64,000 nt of DNA from Candidatus Acidiferrales bacterium (GTDB taxonomy: Bacteria; Acidobacteriota; Terriglobia; Acidiferrales; DATBWB01), in the NCBI GenBank assembly GCA_036514995.1, contig DATBWB010000166.1:3165-67164 (forward strand), given 5' to 3'. The notes under the pieces are model-generated. The model saw only the letters and a list, made by a program, of their open reading frames with translations, ran no database searches and was not told the DNA's origin. Position numbers and translations under genes: made by a program. Shown here one piece after another: positions 35,423-45,189 of the stretch. Numbering within the stretch: position 1 is the first letter of the stretch; every line of letters starts with the position of its first letter.

Positions 35423-36915
35423 TTGTCGCCAGCAGCGGCGGCTGCTTCACCAAAGAAGGGTCTCAGTTGGGATTCCACCGGGCGCGGGCTGAGAAGACTC
35501 ACTATGACCAAAGCAGCGAGCGAGACCGGAAGCGCCGGAATGATGGGTTCAAGCTGGGTGGCCAAAAGGCAAAGCTTCTGCATCCCCGGCGAGGAAACCA
35601 AACCCGCAAGGAAACCGGAAGCCACTTGACCTTCTGAAAGGAGGCGCCGGCTCAGGAAATCCCAAATGAGACAAATTACGGTGCCAGAGGTAATGGAGGC
35701 AAGCGCACCCGAAGTGGTTGCTCGCTTCCAAAAGAAGACCGCAAGGATGACCGGCGTGACCCCGGCACCGTAAATGGAATAGGCCAGAAAGGCTGACTTC
35801 AGGACCGATGGCCGGTAACCCAGGCTCAGCGCGACCAACCCGAGAGCAATCACTGTCAGGCGCGAAACGATAAGTATCTCCCGGTCGGAGGCTGCCGGAC
35901 GAACGAAGCGGTGATAGACATCGTGGATGATGTTGCTTGCCGGGGAAAACAGGTAATTGTTGCCAGTGGAGATGACCTTGGCAAAGATAGCCGCCAAGAG
36001 GATGGCCCCGACCAAAGAAGGCACGCCGAAGCGAGCGGCGTGGGGGATGGTCGTCCAAGCTTCAATGGTGCGGTACATGCTGCTGCCGACGACAGCGAGG
36101 AGCACGATAACCGTCTCCAGGACGACCGTTCCGATGATCCACCCCACAACCGAGATACGGGCGTCGCGCTCGGAGCGCGCGGAGAAAAACTTCTGGTAGG
36201 TATTCTGGTTGCCCAACATCAGGGTGAACGTGGGCAAGAAGAAGCCGATAGCCTGCAAGTAGGAAAGATGCCCGAAAACCTCAAAATGATCGGCGGGCAA
36301 GTGACTGCGGACGTTTTCCCAGCCGCCGGCAGTGTGGATGAGAAAGGGCAGCGCCAGGATCGTTCCGAAGGTGGCCAGGAATCCAATGAGCAGATCCACA
36401 TAGGCTACCGAAGACATTCCAGCCAGCGCGGTAAAGGCAATCACAAAACCGGCAACGATGATCATCCCGGTTTCGATCGGGATACCGAAGGTGAGATGGA
36501 GGACGTTGCCGCCACCCTTGAACTGGTAGCTAGTGATCACCGTAAATGAGATGACGATGGCGATGGTGCCCAGGACGCGGGCGAGCGGGTGGTAGCGGGT
36601 CTCAAGGAGTTCGGGGACGGTAAATTGGGAGAATTTCCGGGCGCGGCCGGCAACGAAGTAGATGATCAGCAAGCCTGCCCATCCTCCCGCTGGCATCCAC
36701 AGGGAGGCAAGGCCGTTTTGATAGGCGTTTTCGGCGCCGCCAAAGAGGCTGCCCGAACCGATCCACGAACAAAGGAGCGTGGCCACCAGCACCGTGGCGG
36801 AAAGCTGGCGACCGGCGACCATGAAATCGGATTGCGTCCTAAGGAGACGGCTCCGCTCAATAGCCACGACGAGCAGGGCTATCACGGTAATGGATAGAGT
36901 AACGGTGTAGAGCAC
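35419..36915 (-). CDS. sodium:solute symporter family transporter
   Basis: 498 aa with about 13 TM helices and SSF-like blocks (GRQLSATVLVATLLCSWIGSGSLFGGAENAY, TVPELLETRY). Confidence 0.85.
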   Translation of the reverse strand: MLYTVTLSITVIALLVVAIERSRLLRTQSDFMVAGRQLSATVLVATLLCSWIGSGSLFGGAENAYQNGLASLWMPAGGWAGLLIIYFVAGRARKFSQFTVPELLETRYHPLARVLGTIAIVISFTVITSYQFKGGGNVLHLTFGIPIETGMIIVAGFVIAFTALAGMSSVAYVDLLIGFLATFGTILALPFLIHTAGGWENVRSHLPADHFEVFGHLSYLQAIGFFLPTFTLMLGNQNTYQKFFSARSERDARISVVGWIIGTVVLETVIVLLAVVGSSMYRTIEAWTTIPHAARFGVPSLVGAILLAAIFAKVISTGNNYLFSPASNIIHDVYHRFVRPAASDREILIVSRLTVIALGLVALSLGYRPSVLKSAFLAYSIYGAGVTPVILAVFFWKRATTSGALASITSGTVICLIWDFLSRRLLSEGQVASGFLAGLVSSPGMQKLCLLATQLEPIIPALPVSLAALVIVSLLSPRPVESQLRPFFGEAAAAAGDK

Positions 36916-36918
36916 GCG

Positions 36919-37215
36919 TTAGGCGCAGACTTCAAGCAACGCCCGAACTTGCTCAGGCGTCACCCCGCTGATCTCGACGAGCTTGATGGACGTCCGTTCG
37001 CCGGCCAGTATCTTAACGGATTGAAGCGGGACTTTCAAACACCGGGCAAGAAATTTGCAACAGGCGGCATTGGCCCTCCCTTCGACGGGCGGAGCACTGA
37101 GTCGAAGCTTGACCATGCCGTTCCACTCCCCGACAACTTTATCGCGGGATGCGCGGGGCCGGATCTTAACCTGAAACCGAACCGAGCGAGGAAGCGAAGA
37201 AAGTTTGAGAGACAT
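36919..37215 (-). CDS. yggU: DUF167 (YggU) family protein
   Basis: 98 aa with VKIRPRASRDKV...LSAPPVEGRANAA...FLA, and the conserved yggS-yggU adjacency. Confidence 0.8.
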   Translation of the reverse strand: MSLKLSSLPRSVRFQVKIRPRASRDKVVGEWNGMVKLRLSAPPVEGRANAACCKFLARCLKVPLQSVKILAGERTSIKLVEISGVTPEQVRALLEVCA

Positions 37216-37908
37216 CTACTTGGGCCTTTGACCGAAGATGGCAGTACCGAGGCGAACCATGGTGGCGCCCTCCTCGATGGCGATGTCGAAGTCATGGCTC
37301 ATGCCCATGGAAAGCTGTAGCATGGCGACACCGGGGAAATTGGCCGCGGCGACGCTTGCTGCCAACTCCCGCAGCTTCCGGAAGTAGGGGCGAACCTCCT
37401 CCGGATTCCGGCAATAGGGCGGCAGGGTCATCAAGCCTCGCACGGAGAGACGCGAAAGTTTGGAAAGTTGCTCGAGTAGGGGAAAAAGCGCGGCTGTCTC
37501 AATGCCTGATTTCGTTTCCTCACCGCCCAGGTGCACCTCAACAAGGACCGGCAGGAGGCGACCCTCGGGCAGGGCGGCATGGAGTTTCTCGGCTGCGTGA
37601 ATGCTGTCCAAGGAATCCACTGCCTGGAAAAGGGCTGCGGCCCTCTTCGCCTTGTTGGACTGGAGATGCCCGACCAGATGCCAAGTTACCGCCAGATCAC
37701 TGAGCTGGGGAATCTTGGCTGCTGCTTCCTGCACGCGATTTTCGCCGAAGTGACGCACGCCACAAAGATAGGCCTCGCGAATTTGGTCGATCGTAACTGT
37801 TTTGGTGATGGCCACCAGGGTTATGGAATCAGCCAATCGGCCCGAACGGGCAGCAGCACGGGCCATGCGCTCGCGCACGCGGGAGAGGTTGGCAATGAGT
37901 TCAGACAT
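37216..37908 (-). CDS. yggS: YggS-family pyridoxal-phosphate homeostasis protein
   Basis: LVAITKT (PLP lysine), FGENRVQE, WHLVGHLQSNK, LSMGMSHDFDIAIEEGATMVRLGTAIFG. The start was set at MSELIANL (ATG 37908) inside ORF 37216..38118. Confidence 0.88.
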   Translation of the reverse strand: MSELIANLSRVRERMARAAARSGRLADSITLVAITKTVTIDQIREAYLCGVRHFGENRVQEAAAKIPQLSDLAVTWHLVGHLQSNKAKRAAALFQAVDSLDSIHAAEKLHAALPEGRLLPVLVEVHLGGEETKSGIETAALFPLLEQLSKLSRLSVRGLMTLPPYCRNPEEVRPYFRKLRELAASVAAANFPGVAMLQLSMGMSHDFDIAIEEGATMVRLGTAIFGQRPK

Positions 37909-38029
37909 GCTCACCGGGGCGGGCCGGAAATTGGATTCTAGCACGAGCGTGGGGGACGCTTGTCCGGGTCTGGAGTGGACGGAACCTTTTGCTCGTGGCA
38001 TCCGGTTGCAGACCCCGGAGGGGCCGAGT

Positions 38030-38728
38030 ATGATAGCGGGCCAAAGCCCCACCCAAATGTCTTTGAAACGCGGAAAGTTCATCACCTTTGAAGGAATTGA
38101 CGGCAGCGGTAAAACCACCCAAATGGGGTTGGTGGCGGATTGGCTGGGACAAAAGCGGGTTCCCTATGTAATCACAAGAGAGCCTGGCGGGACACCCGTG
38201 GGTGAACAAATCCGGGCTGTCTTGTTACGGCCCTCACAGACCGGGATGAATGCCTATAGCGAGCTACTGCTCATGTTTGCTTCGCGCGTAGACAACCTCG
38301 AGCGAGTTATCCGACCGGCACTTACCGAGGGCAAAGTGGTCTTGTGCGATCGGTTCACCGACGCATCAGTGGCCTACCAGGGATACGGGCGCGGCATTCC
38401 GGTGCCATTCATCGAGACGATTCATCGCCGAGTATGCGGGAACCAACAGCCCGACCTGACCTTGATCATCGATATTCATCCGAAGACGAGTGTGAGACGA
38501 GCAAGAGAGCGAGAGGATCGCGCCGAAGTGAAAGAGAGCCGTTTCGAACAAGAGACAGAAGCTTTTTATCGGCGAGTACGCCGCGGTTACCGCACGCTGG
38601 CCAGCAAGTATCCGTCAAGAATCAAGCTGGTGCCCGGCGAAGGGACGATCGAGGAAATTCATCAGCAGATTGTGCCGTTCGTGGAAGCACTCCTGGGCCC
38701 CAAGTTGCACAAAAGGTCGGTGTTGTGA
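38030..38728 (+). CDS. tmk: dTMP (thymidylate) kinase
   Basis: P-loop FITFEGIDGSGKTTQ, then TREPGGT and DRFTDASVAYQG. The start is ATG 38030 (GGAGGGG SD) or ATG 38057. Confidence 0.92.
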   Translation: MIAGQSPTQMSLKRGKFITFEGIDGSGKTTQMGLVADWLGQKRVPYVITREPGGTPVGEQIRAVLLRPSQTGMNAYSELLLMFASRVDNLERVIRPALTEGKVVLCDRFTDASVAYQGYGRGIPVPFIETIHRRVCGNQQPDLTLIIDIHPKTSVRRAREREDRAEVKESRFEQETEAFYRRVRRGYRTLASKYPSRIKLVPGEGTIEEIHQQIVPFVEALLGPKLHKRSVL

Positions 38729-39789
38729 AGATCTGTGAGATTGCTGGCAATGCAAGCGTCAAGTCGGCGCTGATGCGGCTGGTGGAGCGATCGAAGATTC
38801 CACCGGCCATGCTTTTCAGCGGGCCGCGGGGCGTGGGGAAGTTCACGCTAGCCATGGCGTTTGTGCAGGCAGCCAATTGTCAAGCAAGGCAGGCGGACAG
38901 TTGCGGTGAATGCTCGTCGTGCAGAACTCTTGAGGGAGCCCCGCCACTCGCCGAGCTGGCAGCAAAAGCTCGTATGAGCCGGGGGAGAAGCGACCCGGAG
39001 GAAATTCCGCTGATTGTGCAGCCGCATCCTGACGTGTGGGTCTTGCTGCCCGATCCCAATTTCATCCGTGCCGCCCAAATGCGCGAAGTGAGACGCACGG
39101 CCTATTTTCGCCCCTCGGTTGGGGGGAGGCGTTTTTTCATCTTCGACGAAGCAGAGAAACTCAGAAGGGATTACAGCGACCTGCTCCTAAAAGTCCTCGA
39201 AGAACCGCCGGAGAGCGCCACGCTGATACTGGTCACGACTCGACCGAACAAGTTACCGGACACGGTGCGTTCACGATGCGTGGGATTTCGGCTTTCGCCG
39301 CTACGAAGCGAGGAGATCCAAGACTATCTGGCAAGAAACACAAAACGGAAGGCGGCCGACCGCGAGATATTGGCTCACCTCTCCGCGGGAAGTCTCGGAA
39401 CCGCCCTGACGCTTGACTTAGAAGAATCCAGGCGGCTACGCCGACAACTGTTTGGGTATCTCCAGCTTGCTTTGGAAAGGGGTCCGTACAGCAGCCTGTT
39501 TGAAATCACTGATAACCTTTTGAAGGGGGAGCAAGAACCGTTTGAAAATCTGCTCGGAATGCTCTATAGTTTGGTCAACGATCTGTTACACCTCAAGTTG
39601 GGGCGGTCAGAGGCATGCCTGCGGAATCTAGACTTAGGGGCCGAGTTGGAGCGGTTTGCTGCAAAGATTGATCTCGCCTGGATCGAGCGTGCCGTCAAAC
39701 GCTTGGATGAGATAGATCGCTGGCTGCGGCGGAACGTTAATCGGCGCTTGGCGCTCGAGGCCGCCAGCACTACGCTAGCCGGGCGCTGA
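38725..39789 (+). CDS. holB: DNA polymerase III delta' subunit
   Basis: The GTG start overlaps the tmk stop. Blocks: [19 protein letters not shown], a Zn module CGECSSC, and FIFDEAEKL...[12 protein letters not shown] 38344..39789 contains it. Confidence 0.85.
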   Translation: MKICEIAGNASVKSALMRLVERSKIPPAMLFSGPRGVGKFTLAMAFVQAANCQARQADSCGECSSCRTLEGAPPLAELAAKARMSRGRSDPEEIPLIVQPHPDVWVLLPDPNFIRAAQMREVRRTAYFRPSVGGRRFFIFDEAEKLRRDYSDLLLKVLEEPPESATLILVTTRPNKLPDTVRSRCVGFRLSPLRSEEIQDYLARNTKRKAADREILAHLSAGSLGTALTLDLEESRRLRRQLFGYLQLALERGPYSSLFEITDNLLKGEQEPFENLLGMLYSLVNDLLHLKLGRSEACLRNLDLGAELERFAAKIDLAWIERAVKRLDEIDRWLRRNVNRRLALEAASTTLAGR

Positions 39790-40060
39790 GAAAGGCGCGA
39801 ATTCGCGATGGCAGGAGTCCTACCAATCCCAGGGGTACGCAGTTGTTGGTTGGCCCCGCGTAGGCGCGGCCAGTTCAACCCCGCCTCCCAAAGGTTGGGG
39901 GTCGCCGCCGCGCATTTTCAAGCAGCTTGCTAGGCTGGGAATTGCCGGCAAGCAGGAGAGCACCAGGGCGGTTCGGACGCGGAAGCTCAGGAGGCGGATA
40001 AACGCATCCAATCCCAAGGCAGAGGCCGATCCGCCGTCAGAAAGTGTGAGGTATGAAACG

Positions 40061-40429
40061 ATGGTCAATCGAAGATTCACGCGGCCACCGCGGCCACCAA
40101 TGATGGAACCGAAAGGGCCGCTTGGGCCCCGTTACATGGGAGAGCGCGGGGAGCCACGGAGGAAACCGGCTCCACCGGAGCAGACTAACGCGGAGAACTT
40201 TTACTATGTCAAGCAGATGCAGGCACGGACGCCGATGGTCATCGTGCTCGCCGACGGTGAGACGATTCGCGGCGTAATCGAATGGTATGACAAGAACTGC
40301 ATCAAAGTGAATCGCACGGGCGAGCCCAATCTGCTGCTCTACAAATCGAATATCAAGTACCTTTACAAAGAAGGGGAAGGCCGCGGCGAACACGAAGAAG
40401 CAGATTCAGAAGCGCAACCAACGCTGTAG
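40061..40429 (+). CDS. Sm-fold / Hfq-like RNA-binding protein with Pro/Arg-rich N-terminal and acidic C-terminal tails
   Basis: The core [43 protein letters not shown]...[15 protein letters not shown] follows the Sm1/Sm2 beta-strand pattern of Hfq. The start is ATG 40061 or GTG 40046. Confidence 0.6.
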   Translation: MVNRRFTRPPRPPMMEPKGPLGPRYMGERGEPRRKPAPPEQTNAENFYYVKQMQARTPMVIVLADGETIRGVIEWYDKNCIKVNRTGEPNLLLYKSNIKYLYKEGEGRGEHEEADSEAQPTL

Positions 40430-40596
40430 CGAACCAGCAGGGTGGTCAAAGAACCCCTCGCGTAGTCACGGAGCTTTGGCAAAACGGGCGGAAGGGGCCC
40501 CGCTGAGGCGGGGGCAACCAACCATGGCGTGCAGTCCCGAATCTTCCTGTCCCGATCTGTCGGGGGGTGCGGCTTTTTCAGCAGCCAGCCAGGGTA

Positions 40597-41049
40597 TTAC
40601 CGGGGCGGCGAAAACGAATAGGTCATAAGACTTTTTGCCAGAAGCCGGCCCTTCAGGTCCTTGACGTCAGCCTCGCCGACGGCGAGGCTTTTTCCTTTGC
40701 GGACAATCCATGCCACCACGCGGATACGACCGGCGTGAACGCGCTCAAGAAAATTGATTTTCATCTCGACGGTGGCCATACGAGTGCGACGCGGAAGCAT
40801 GGGAATCAGGGCCAGGGCGGCGGTAGTGTCCGCGACGGTGGCAATGATGCCGCCGTGCAAGAACCCTTGCATGTGAAGAAATCGCGGCTGAACGCCCAAT
40901 TCCACGATGGCGCGGCCAGGCTCAACGCGGATGACGCTCAGGCCCAAGAAGCGCAAAATGCCCACACGGCCTAGAACTCGCTCGAGAACCCGGCGCTGCT
41001 GTCGTGTCCAGATCTTTTTGACAGAAACTCTCGCTCGACGTTTCGCCAT
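40597..41049 (-). CDS. PaaI-family hotdog thioesterase
   Basis: NMQGFLHGGIIATVADTTAALA, followed by an RIRVVAWIVRKGKSLAV strand pattern. Confidence 0.8.
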   Translation of the reverse strand: MAKRRARVSVKKIWTRQQRRVLERVLGRVGILRFLGLSVIRVEPGRAIVELGVQPRFLHMQGFLHGGIIATVADTTAALALIPMLPRRTRMATVEMKINFLERVHAGRIRVVAWIVRKGKSLAVGEADVKDLKGRLLAKSLMTYSFSPPR

Positions 41050-41052
41050 GGT

Positions 41053-41844
41053 TTAATAGGCAGTGACACCGCCGTCCAGGGGAATGGCTGCGCCGGTCAG
41101 CCAAGCGGCTTCATCCGACGCCAAGTAGCCAACCAAGGCGGCTACTTCTTCGGGGGATCCCATCCGGCCCAACGGTATCTGAGCCAGCCGAGATTGCAGG
41201 GCTACAGTTGGGTCAGGAGCCGCGCCCAGGATTCCTTCCATCATTTCTGTCAGCACGGCGCCGGGACAAACGCAGTTGACGCGAATGTTGTCAGGGGCGA
41301 GATCAAGGGCCATGGCCTTGCTCAAAAGGTGCACGCCACCCTTGGATGCACAATAGGCGGCGCGTTCCTTCATCCCAACGATACTGAGAATCGAACCAAG
41401 GTTGATAAGGGATCCACCGCCTGATCGCCTCAGGAGCGGGATGGCTGCCCGGGAGACGAGATAAGTACCCTTTAGGTTGACGCCCAGCACGCGATCCCAG
41501 TCTTGCTCGGTGGTTCGTTCTACGTCAGCAACAAGATGAACACCGGCGTTGTTGACCACGATATCCAGCCTGCCAAAGGATCGCTCCAATTCCACAAAAA
41601 GCCTGGCCACGTCTTTCGACGAGGAAACATCGGCCGGAATCGCCTTACCTTGTCCGCCGCGGGCGGTTATCTGCTGGACAGTCTGCAGCAACGGACCGGG
41701 TTGCCGGCCAGCCGCAACCACTTTGGCACCATCCCCGGCCAAGCGCAAAGCACAGGCCCGGCCAATTCCCCGGCCAGCACCGGTAACCAGAGCAACCTTC
41801 CCGCCCAACCCCATTGCAATCCTGTTCACCGAGGGCGCATCCAA
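41053..41844 (-). CDS. SDR-family oxidoreductase (3-oxoacyl-ACP reductase-like)
   Basis: GKVALVTGAGRGIG, NNAG, the catalytic YCASKGG, and PLGRMGSPEEVA. Confidence 0.88.
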   Translation of the reverse strand: MDAPSVNRIAMGLGGKVALVTGAGRGIGRACALRLAGDGAKVVAAGRQPGPLLQTVQQITARGGQGKAIPADVSSSKDVARLFVELERSFGRLDIVVNNAGVHLVADVERTTEQDWDRVLGVNLKGTYLVSRAAIPLLRRSGGGSLINLGSILSIVGMKERAAYCASKGGVHLLSKAMALDLAPDNIRVNCVCPGAVLTEMMEGILGAAPDPTVALQSRLAQIPLGRMGSPEEVAALVGYLASDEAAWLTGAAIPLDGGVTAY

Positions 41845-41933
41845 TGGAGAAAGCGTGCGAATGTACCACCAAGAAGCTGGCCCGGCAAGGCAGCTTGTAA
41901 GCCGGGTAGAGGGTTGGTAGAGTGGAGAGGATC

Positions 41934-43058
41934 ATGAGAATTGGCATAACCTGCTATCCGACCTACGGTGGCAGCGGAGTGGTGGCCGCCGAACTGGGCA
42001 TGGAACTAGCAGCGCGCGGCCATGAAATCCACTTTATCAGTTACGCGCTGCCGATTCGGTTGACCGGGGGAAGGGAGTTGATTCATTTCCATGAAGTGGA
42101 AATGACGACGTATCCGCTGTTTGAGCATCCACCCTATGCGCTCGCGCTTGCCGTAAAAATGGCAGAGGTGGCGGCCGGGGCAAATTTAGATCTGCTGCAC
42201 GTCCATTACGCCATCCCCCACTCGGTGAGCGCGCTATTGGCACGGGCGATGTTGCAGCCACGCAAGCTGCCGTTCATCACCACGTTGCATGGGACGGACA
42301 TCACGCTGGTGGGCAGCGATCGCTCCTACTTGCCCATCACCCGCTTCGCCATCGAACAAAGCGATGGAGTCACTGCCATTTCTCCCTACCTGCGCGAAGT
42401 CACGCGGAAAGAATTCGACATCAAGCGACCGATCGAAGTGATCGCGAATTTCGTAAATTGCGAGAGTTACAAACGAAGCGAAGATGTGAAAGCCCGCAGC
42501 GAGTACGCGCCGCAGGGCGAAAAGATCGTTATGCACCTGTCGAATTTCCGGCCGGTTAAGCGAGTCAGCGACGTGATTGAGATTTTTACGCAGATTCGCC
42601 GGAAGTTGCCCGCCAGGCTGGTGATGATCGGCGATGGCCCGGACCGTGGGACGGCGGAGTGGCTGGCGAAGAAAAACTCTGTTGCGAGCGACGTAATTTT
42701 CCTCGGCAAGCAAGAAACGGTAACGGACAAACTGGGTGTAGCAGACCTTTTTTTGCTTCCGAGCGACCAGGAGTCGTTCGGCCTGGCAGCGCTTGAGGCG
42801 ATGGCGTGCGAGGTTCCCGTGATAGCCACCAACGTAGGGGGAGTCCCGGATGTGGTGACCGACGGGGTGGATGGTTATCTGGTGGAGCCCCGGGACGTTG
42901 CCGGTGCAGCCAGGCGTGCCTTGGAAATTCTATCGGACGAGGAACGGCGTCGCGAGATGGGTCGGCTCGCCCGCAAAAACGCGCAGGCCAAGTACTGTTC
43001 CACCAAGATTATTCCCCAATATGAAGAATACTATGGCAAGGTCTTGGAAATAGCCTAG
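41934..43058 (+). CDS. bshA: N-acetyl-alpha-D-glucosaminyl L-malate synthase (bacillithiol glycosyltransferase)
   Basis: Near-colinear with B. subtilis BshA as I recall it: MRIGITCYPTYGGSGVVAAELG, HEIHFISY, HVHYAIPH, TTLHGTDIT, SNFRPVKRV, ESFGLAALEAMACEVP. Confidence 0.85.
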   Translation: MRIGITCYPTYGGSGVVAAELGMELAARGHEIHFISYALPIRLTGGRELIHFHEVEMTTYPLFEHPPYALALAVKMAEVAAGANLDLLHVHYAIPHSVSALLARAMLQPRKLPFITTLHGTDITLVGSDRSYLPITRFAIEQSDGVTAISPYLREVTRKEFDIKRPIEVIANFVNCESYKRSEDVKARSEYAPQGEKIVMHLSNFRPVKRVSDVIEIFTQIRRKLPARLVMIGDGPDRGTAEWLAKKNSVASDVIFLGKQETVTDKLGVADLFLLPSDQESFGLAALEAMACEVPVIATNVGGVPDVVTDGVDGYLVEPRDVAGAARRALEILSDEERRREMGRLARKNAQAKYCSTKIIPQYEEYYGKVLEIA

Positions 43059-43158
43059 TGCCTCTCCCATTTGAGGGAGCTGAGAGGGTGGAAGGAAAGA
43101 GCTCCCAGGCAACGTCGGCGCAAGGTAGGACTCTTCGTGGCAGACAGTTGGAACAAGA

Positions 43159-44487
43159 CTAGCTCCGCGATGTGGTGATGAGTTCGGGAACCTCAATGCG
43201 GACGGAAACCCCTTCGCCGAGCTTGCTGTTGATCTGCAAGACGAAGTCTTCCCCATAGAGGACTCGCAAGCGTTCCATGACGTTGCTGATGCCAATCCCA
43301 GTGTGGTAAATCTGAGAAATCCGATCTTCCGAAATTCCAATCCCATTATCCCGCACCTCGATAACGACGCGGCCATTCAGCCGGGCGGTACGGATGTGAA
43401 TGACGCCGCCCTCGAGGCGCGGGCTGAGGCCGTGCTTGATGGAATTCTCCACGATGGGTTGAAGAAGCATGCTCGGTATGATGGCGTCGAGGGTCTGCTC
43501 GTCCACCTCTTTGACAATGTGAAGTTTGTCGTGGCCGAAGCGCACGACCTCGATGTCCAGATAGTCGTCAATGAAGGCAAGTTCGTCGCGGAGCGGCACG
43601 AAGTTATCTTGTTTTTTGAGGAGCTGCCGGAGAATATTTGACAGCTTGATGAGGACGACACGGGCCGTGTCCGGCTCAAAACGAATCAACGAGGCAACTG
43701 TGTTCAGAGTGTTGAAAAGGAAATGAGGATTGATCTGGCTGGAGAGGGCGTCCATGCGGGCCTTCAAAAGGAGGCGCTCCCGCTCTTCCAGCTTCATTTC
43801 AATGCGGGTGTTGTTCCAGATCTTGATGGGCAAGGCGACGGCGGCAATGGTCGAAAGAAACAAGATAACGAGCAGTTCTTGGCGGTGAACGTCCAAATAG
43901 AATATCGAGTGTGGATACATCCGGCCCAGCGCCAATCGGGCCAGATCAAGTGAAACACACGCAGCCAGGGGAAGCATCTGCCAATCACCTCGCCGCTCGC
44001 GGAAAAGCCTCCGCAGCCATCGAGGGAACCCAATGTAAATGAAGGGACCAAAGCCCCAAACCTCATCTTTGTTGGGAAAGATGTCTCGGATGAGTCCGCC
44101 GAGCAAGCCGGCCAGGACGCACAAGGCCACCAGGAACCACTCATTGCGAAAGAACGCCGGGAAGGTGATTAGCAGAGCTGCTGCGACGCCCGCGAAGCGA
44201 CCGCCGAGCAAACCCAAAAGGAGAGAACCTTCGAGGGCGAGGTCAGCAAAAGCGTATCCGACCAATACACGCGTCAAGACACCCAGAGTCAAAGGCGCAC
44301 CTAGAAATAACACCAGCTTCAACTTTTGGGTAAGGGGGCGCTCCGCCTGGAAGAGGAGGCGCTTGAACAAGCCGGAACGGACGAGCAAGGCGGCAAGCGA
44401 GCCGGTTACGCCGACCTTCAAAAGGAGAATGAAAATGAAATCCTTTGAGCCGAGCAAGCGCCCTTCCGTTTCCGAAACCGGAGACAA
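43159..44487 (-). CDS. LytS/YehU-type sensor histidine kinase (multi-TM sensor, His_kinase, HATPase_c)
   Basis: INPHFLFNTLNTVASLI (H box), ENSIKHG (N box), and DNGIGI...TGIGISNV (G boxes), with about six N-terminal TM helices. Confidence 0.85.
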   Translation of the reverse strand: MSPVSETEGRLLGSKDFIFILLLKVGVTGSLAALLVRSGLFKRLLFQAERPLTQKLKLVLFLGAPLTLGVLTRVLVGYAFADLALEGSLLLGLLGGRFAGVAAALLITFPAFFRNEWFLVALCVLAGLLGGLIRDIFPNKDEVWGFGPFIYIGFPRWLRRLFRERRGDWQMLPLAACVSLDLARLALGRMYPHSIFYLDVHRQELLVILFLSTIAAVALPIKIWNNTRIEMKLEERERLLLKARMDALSSQINPHFLFNTLNTVASLIRFEPDTARVVLIKLSNILRQLLKKQDNFVPLRDELAFIDDYLDIEVVRFGHDKLHIVKEVDEQTLDAIIPSMLLQPIVENSIKHGLSPRLEGGVIHIRTARLNGRVVIEVRDNGIGISEDRISQIYHTGIGISNVMERLRVLYGEDFVLQINSKLGEGVSVRIEVPELITTSRS

Positions 44488-44528
44488 AGCTAGCGAATCC
44501 GCAGCCCTTTGTAAAGTAGCTGCTCTGC

Positions 44529-44557
44529 TTGTGGAGGCGAGGCAGTGCTTCTATAAT
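44529..44557 (+). promoter_or_regulatory. putative ribA promoter (TTGTGG-17-TATAAT)
   Basis: TTGTGG at 44529-44534 and TATAAT at 44552-44557. The ATG at 44572 is 14 nt downstream. Confidence 0.35.
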
Positions 44558-44571
44558 GAAGGGTTTTGGTT

Positions 44572-45189
44572 ATGCGCAAAAGAGTGAAGACGGCGGGAAA
44601 ACTAAGGATCGCTGCCCGGACGCGGCTGCCCACCCGTTTTGGAACGTTTTCGATTCTGGGTATAGCAGCTGGCGAAAACAAGGACGCGGCGGTGGTGTTG
44701 CAGATGGGGCGACCCAAGGCCGCGCGAGCAACTCTGGTTCGCATCCATTCGCAGTGCCTCACCGGCGACGTTTTTGGTTCGCAGCGATGCGATTGCCGGG
44801 GGCAACTGGAACTCGCCCTGCGGCGAATCGCCCGGCGGAGAGAGGGGCTGTTGATTTATTTGCCCCAGGAAGGCCGCGGCATCGGCCTGATGAACAAACT
44901 CATGGCCTATCAACTCCAAGACCGCGGGATGGACACGGTGGAAGCGAATCGGAAGCTTGGGTTCGGTGCCGATCACCGAGACTACCGACTGCCGGCAGCG
45001 ATCCTGAAATTAATGAACATTGGCCGTGTCGAATTGCTGTCAAACAATCCGGAGAAGGTGAGACAACTCGAAGAGAACGGAATCGAAGTAATACGGCGAA
45101 TCCCCTGCGAGACGAAACCTTCGCAGATGACGCAATCCTACCTGCGTACCAAGAAAGAGAAGCTGGGCCACCTGATCAGGTACGTGTAG
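44572..45189 (+). CDS. ribA: GTP cyclohydrolase II
   Basis: RLPTRFGTF, VRIHSQCLTGDVFGSQRCDCRGQL (Zn ligands), YLPQEGRGIGL, and DHRDY. Confidence 0.9.
   Translation: MRKRVKTAGKLRIAARTRLPTRFGTFSILGIAAGENKDAAVVLQMGRPKAARATLVRIHSQCLTGDVFGSQRCDCRGQLELALRRIARRREGLLIYLPQEGRGIGLMNKLMAYQLQDRGMDTVEANRKLGFGADHRDYRLPAAILKLMNIGRVELLSNNPEKVRQLEENGIEVIRRIPCETKPSQMTQSYLRTKKEKLGHLIRYV

Noticed and set aside
39796-39807. A perfect 12-bp palindrome CGCGAATTCGCG right after the holB stop.
   Set aside because: As a hairpin it gives only a 4-bp stem with no U-tract. It is most simply a chance palindrome containing an EcoRI site, and I saw no second copy.
44488-44571. An FMN riboswitch upstream of ribA.
   Set aside because: Only about 80 nt are available, and a divergent promoter region occupies them. 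That is far too short for an FMN aptamer, and no conserved FMN-element sequence is seen.
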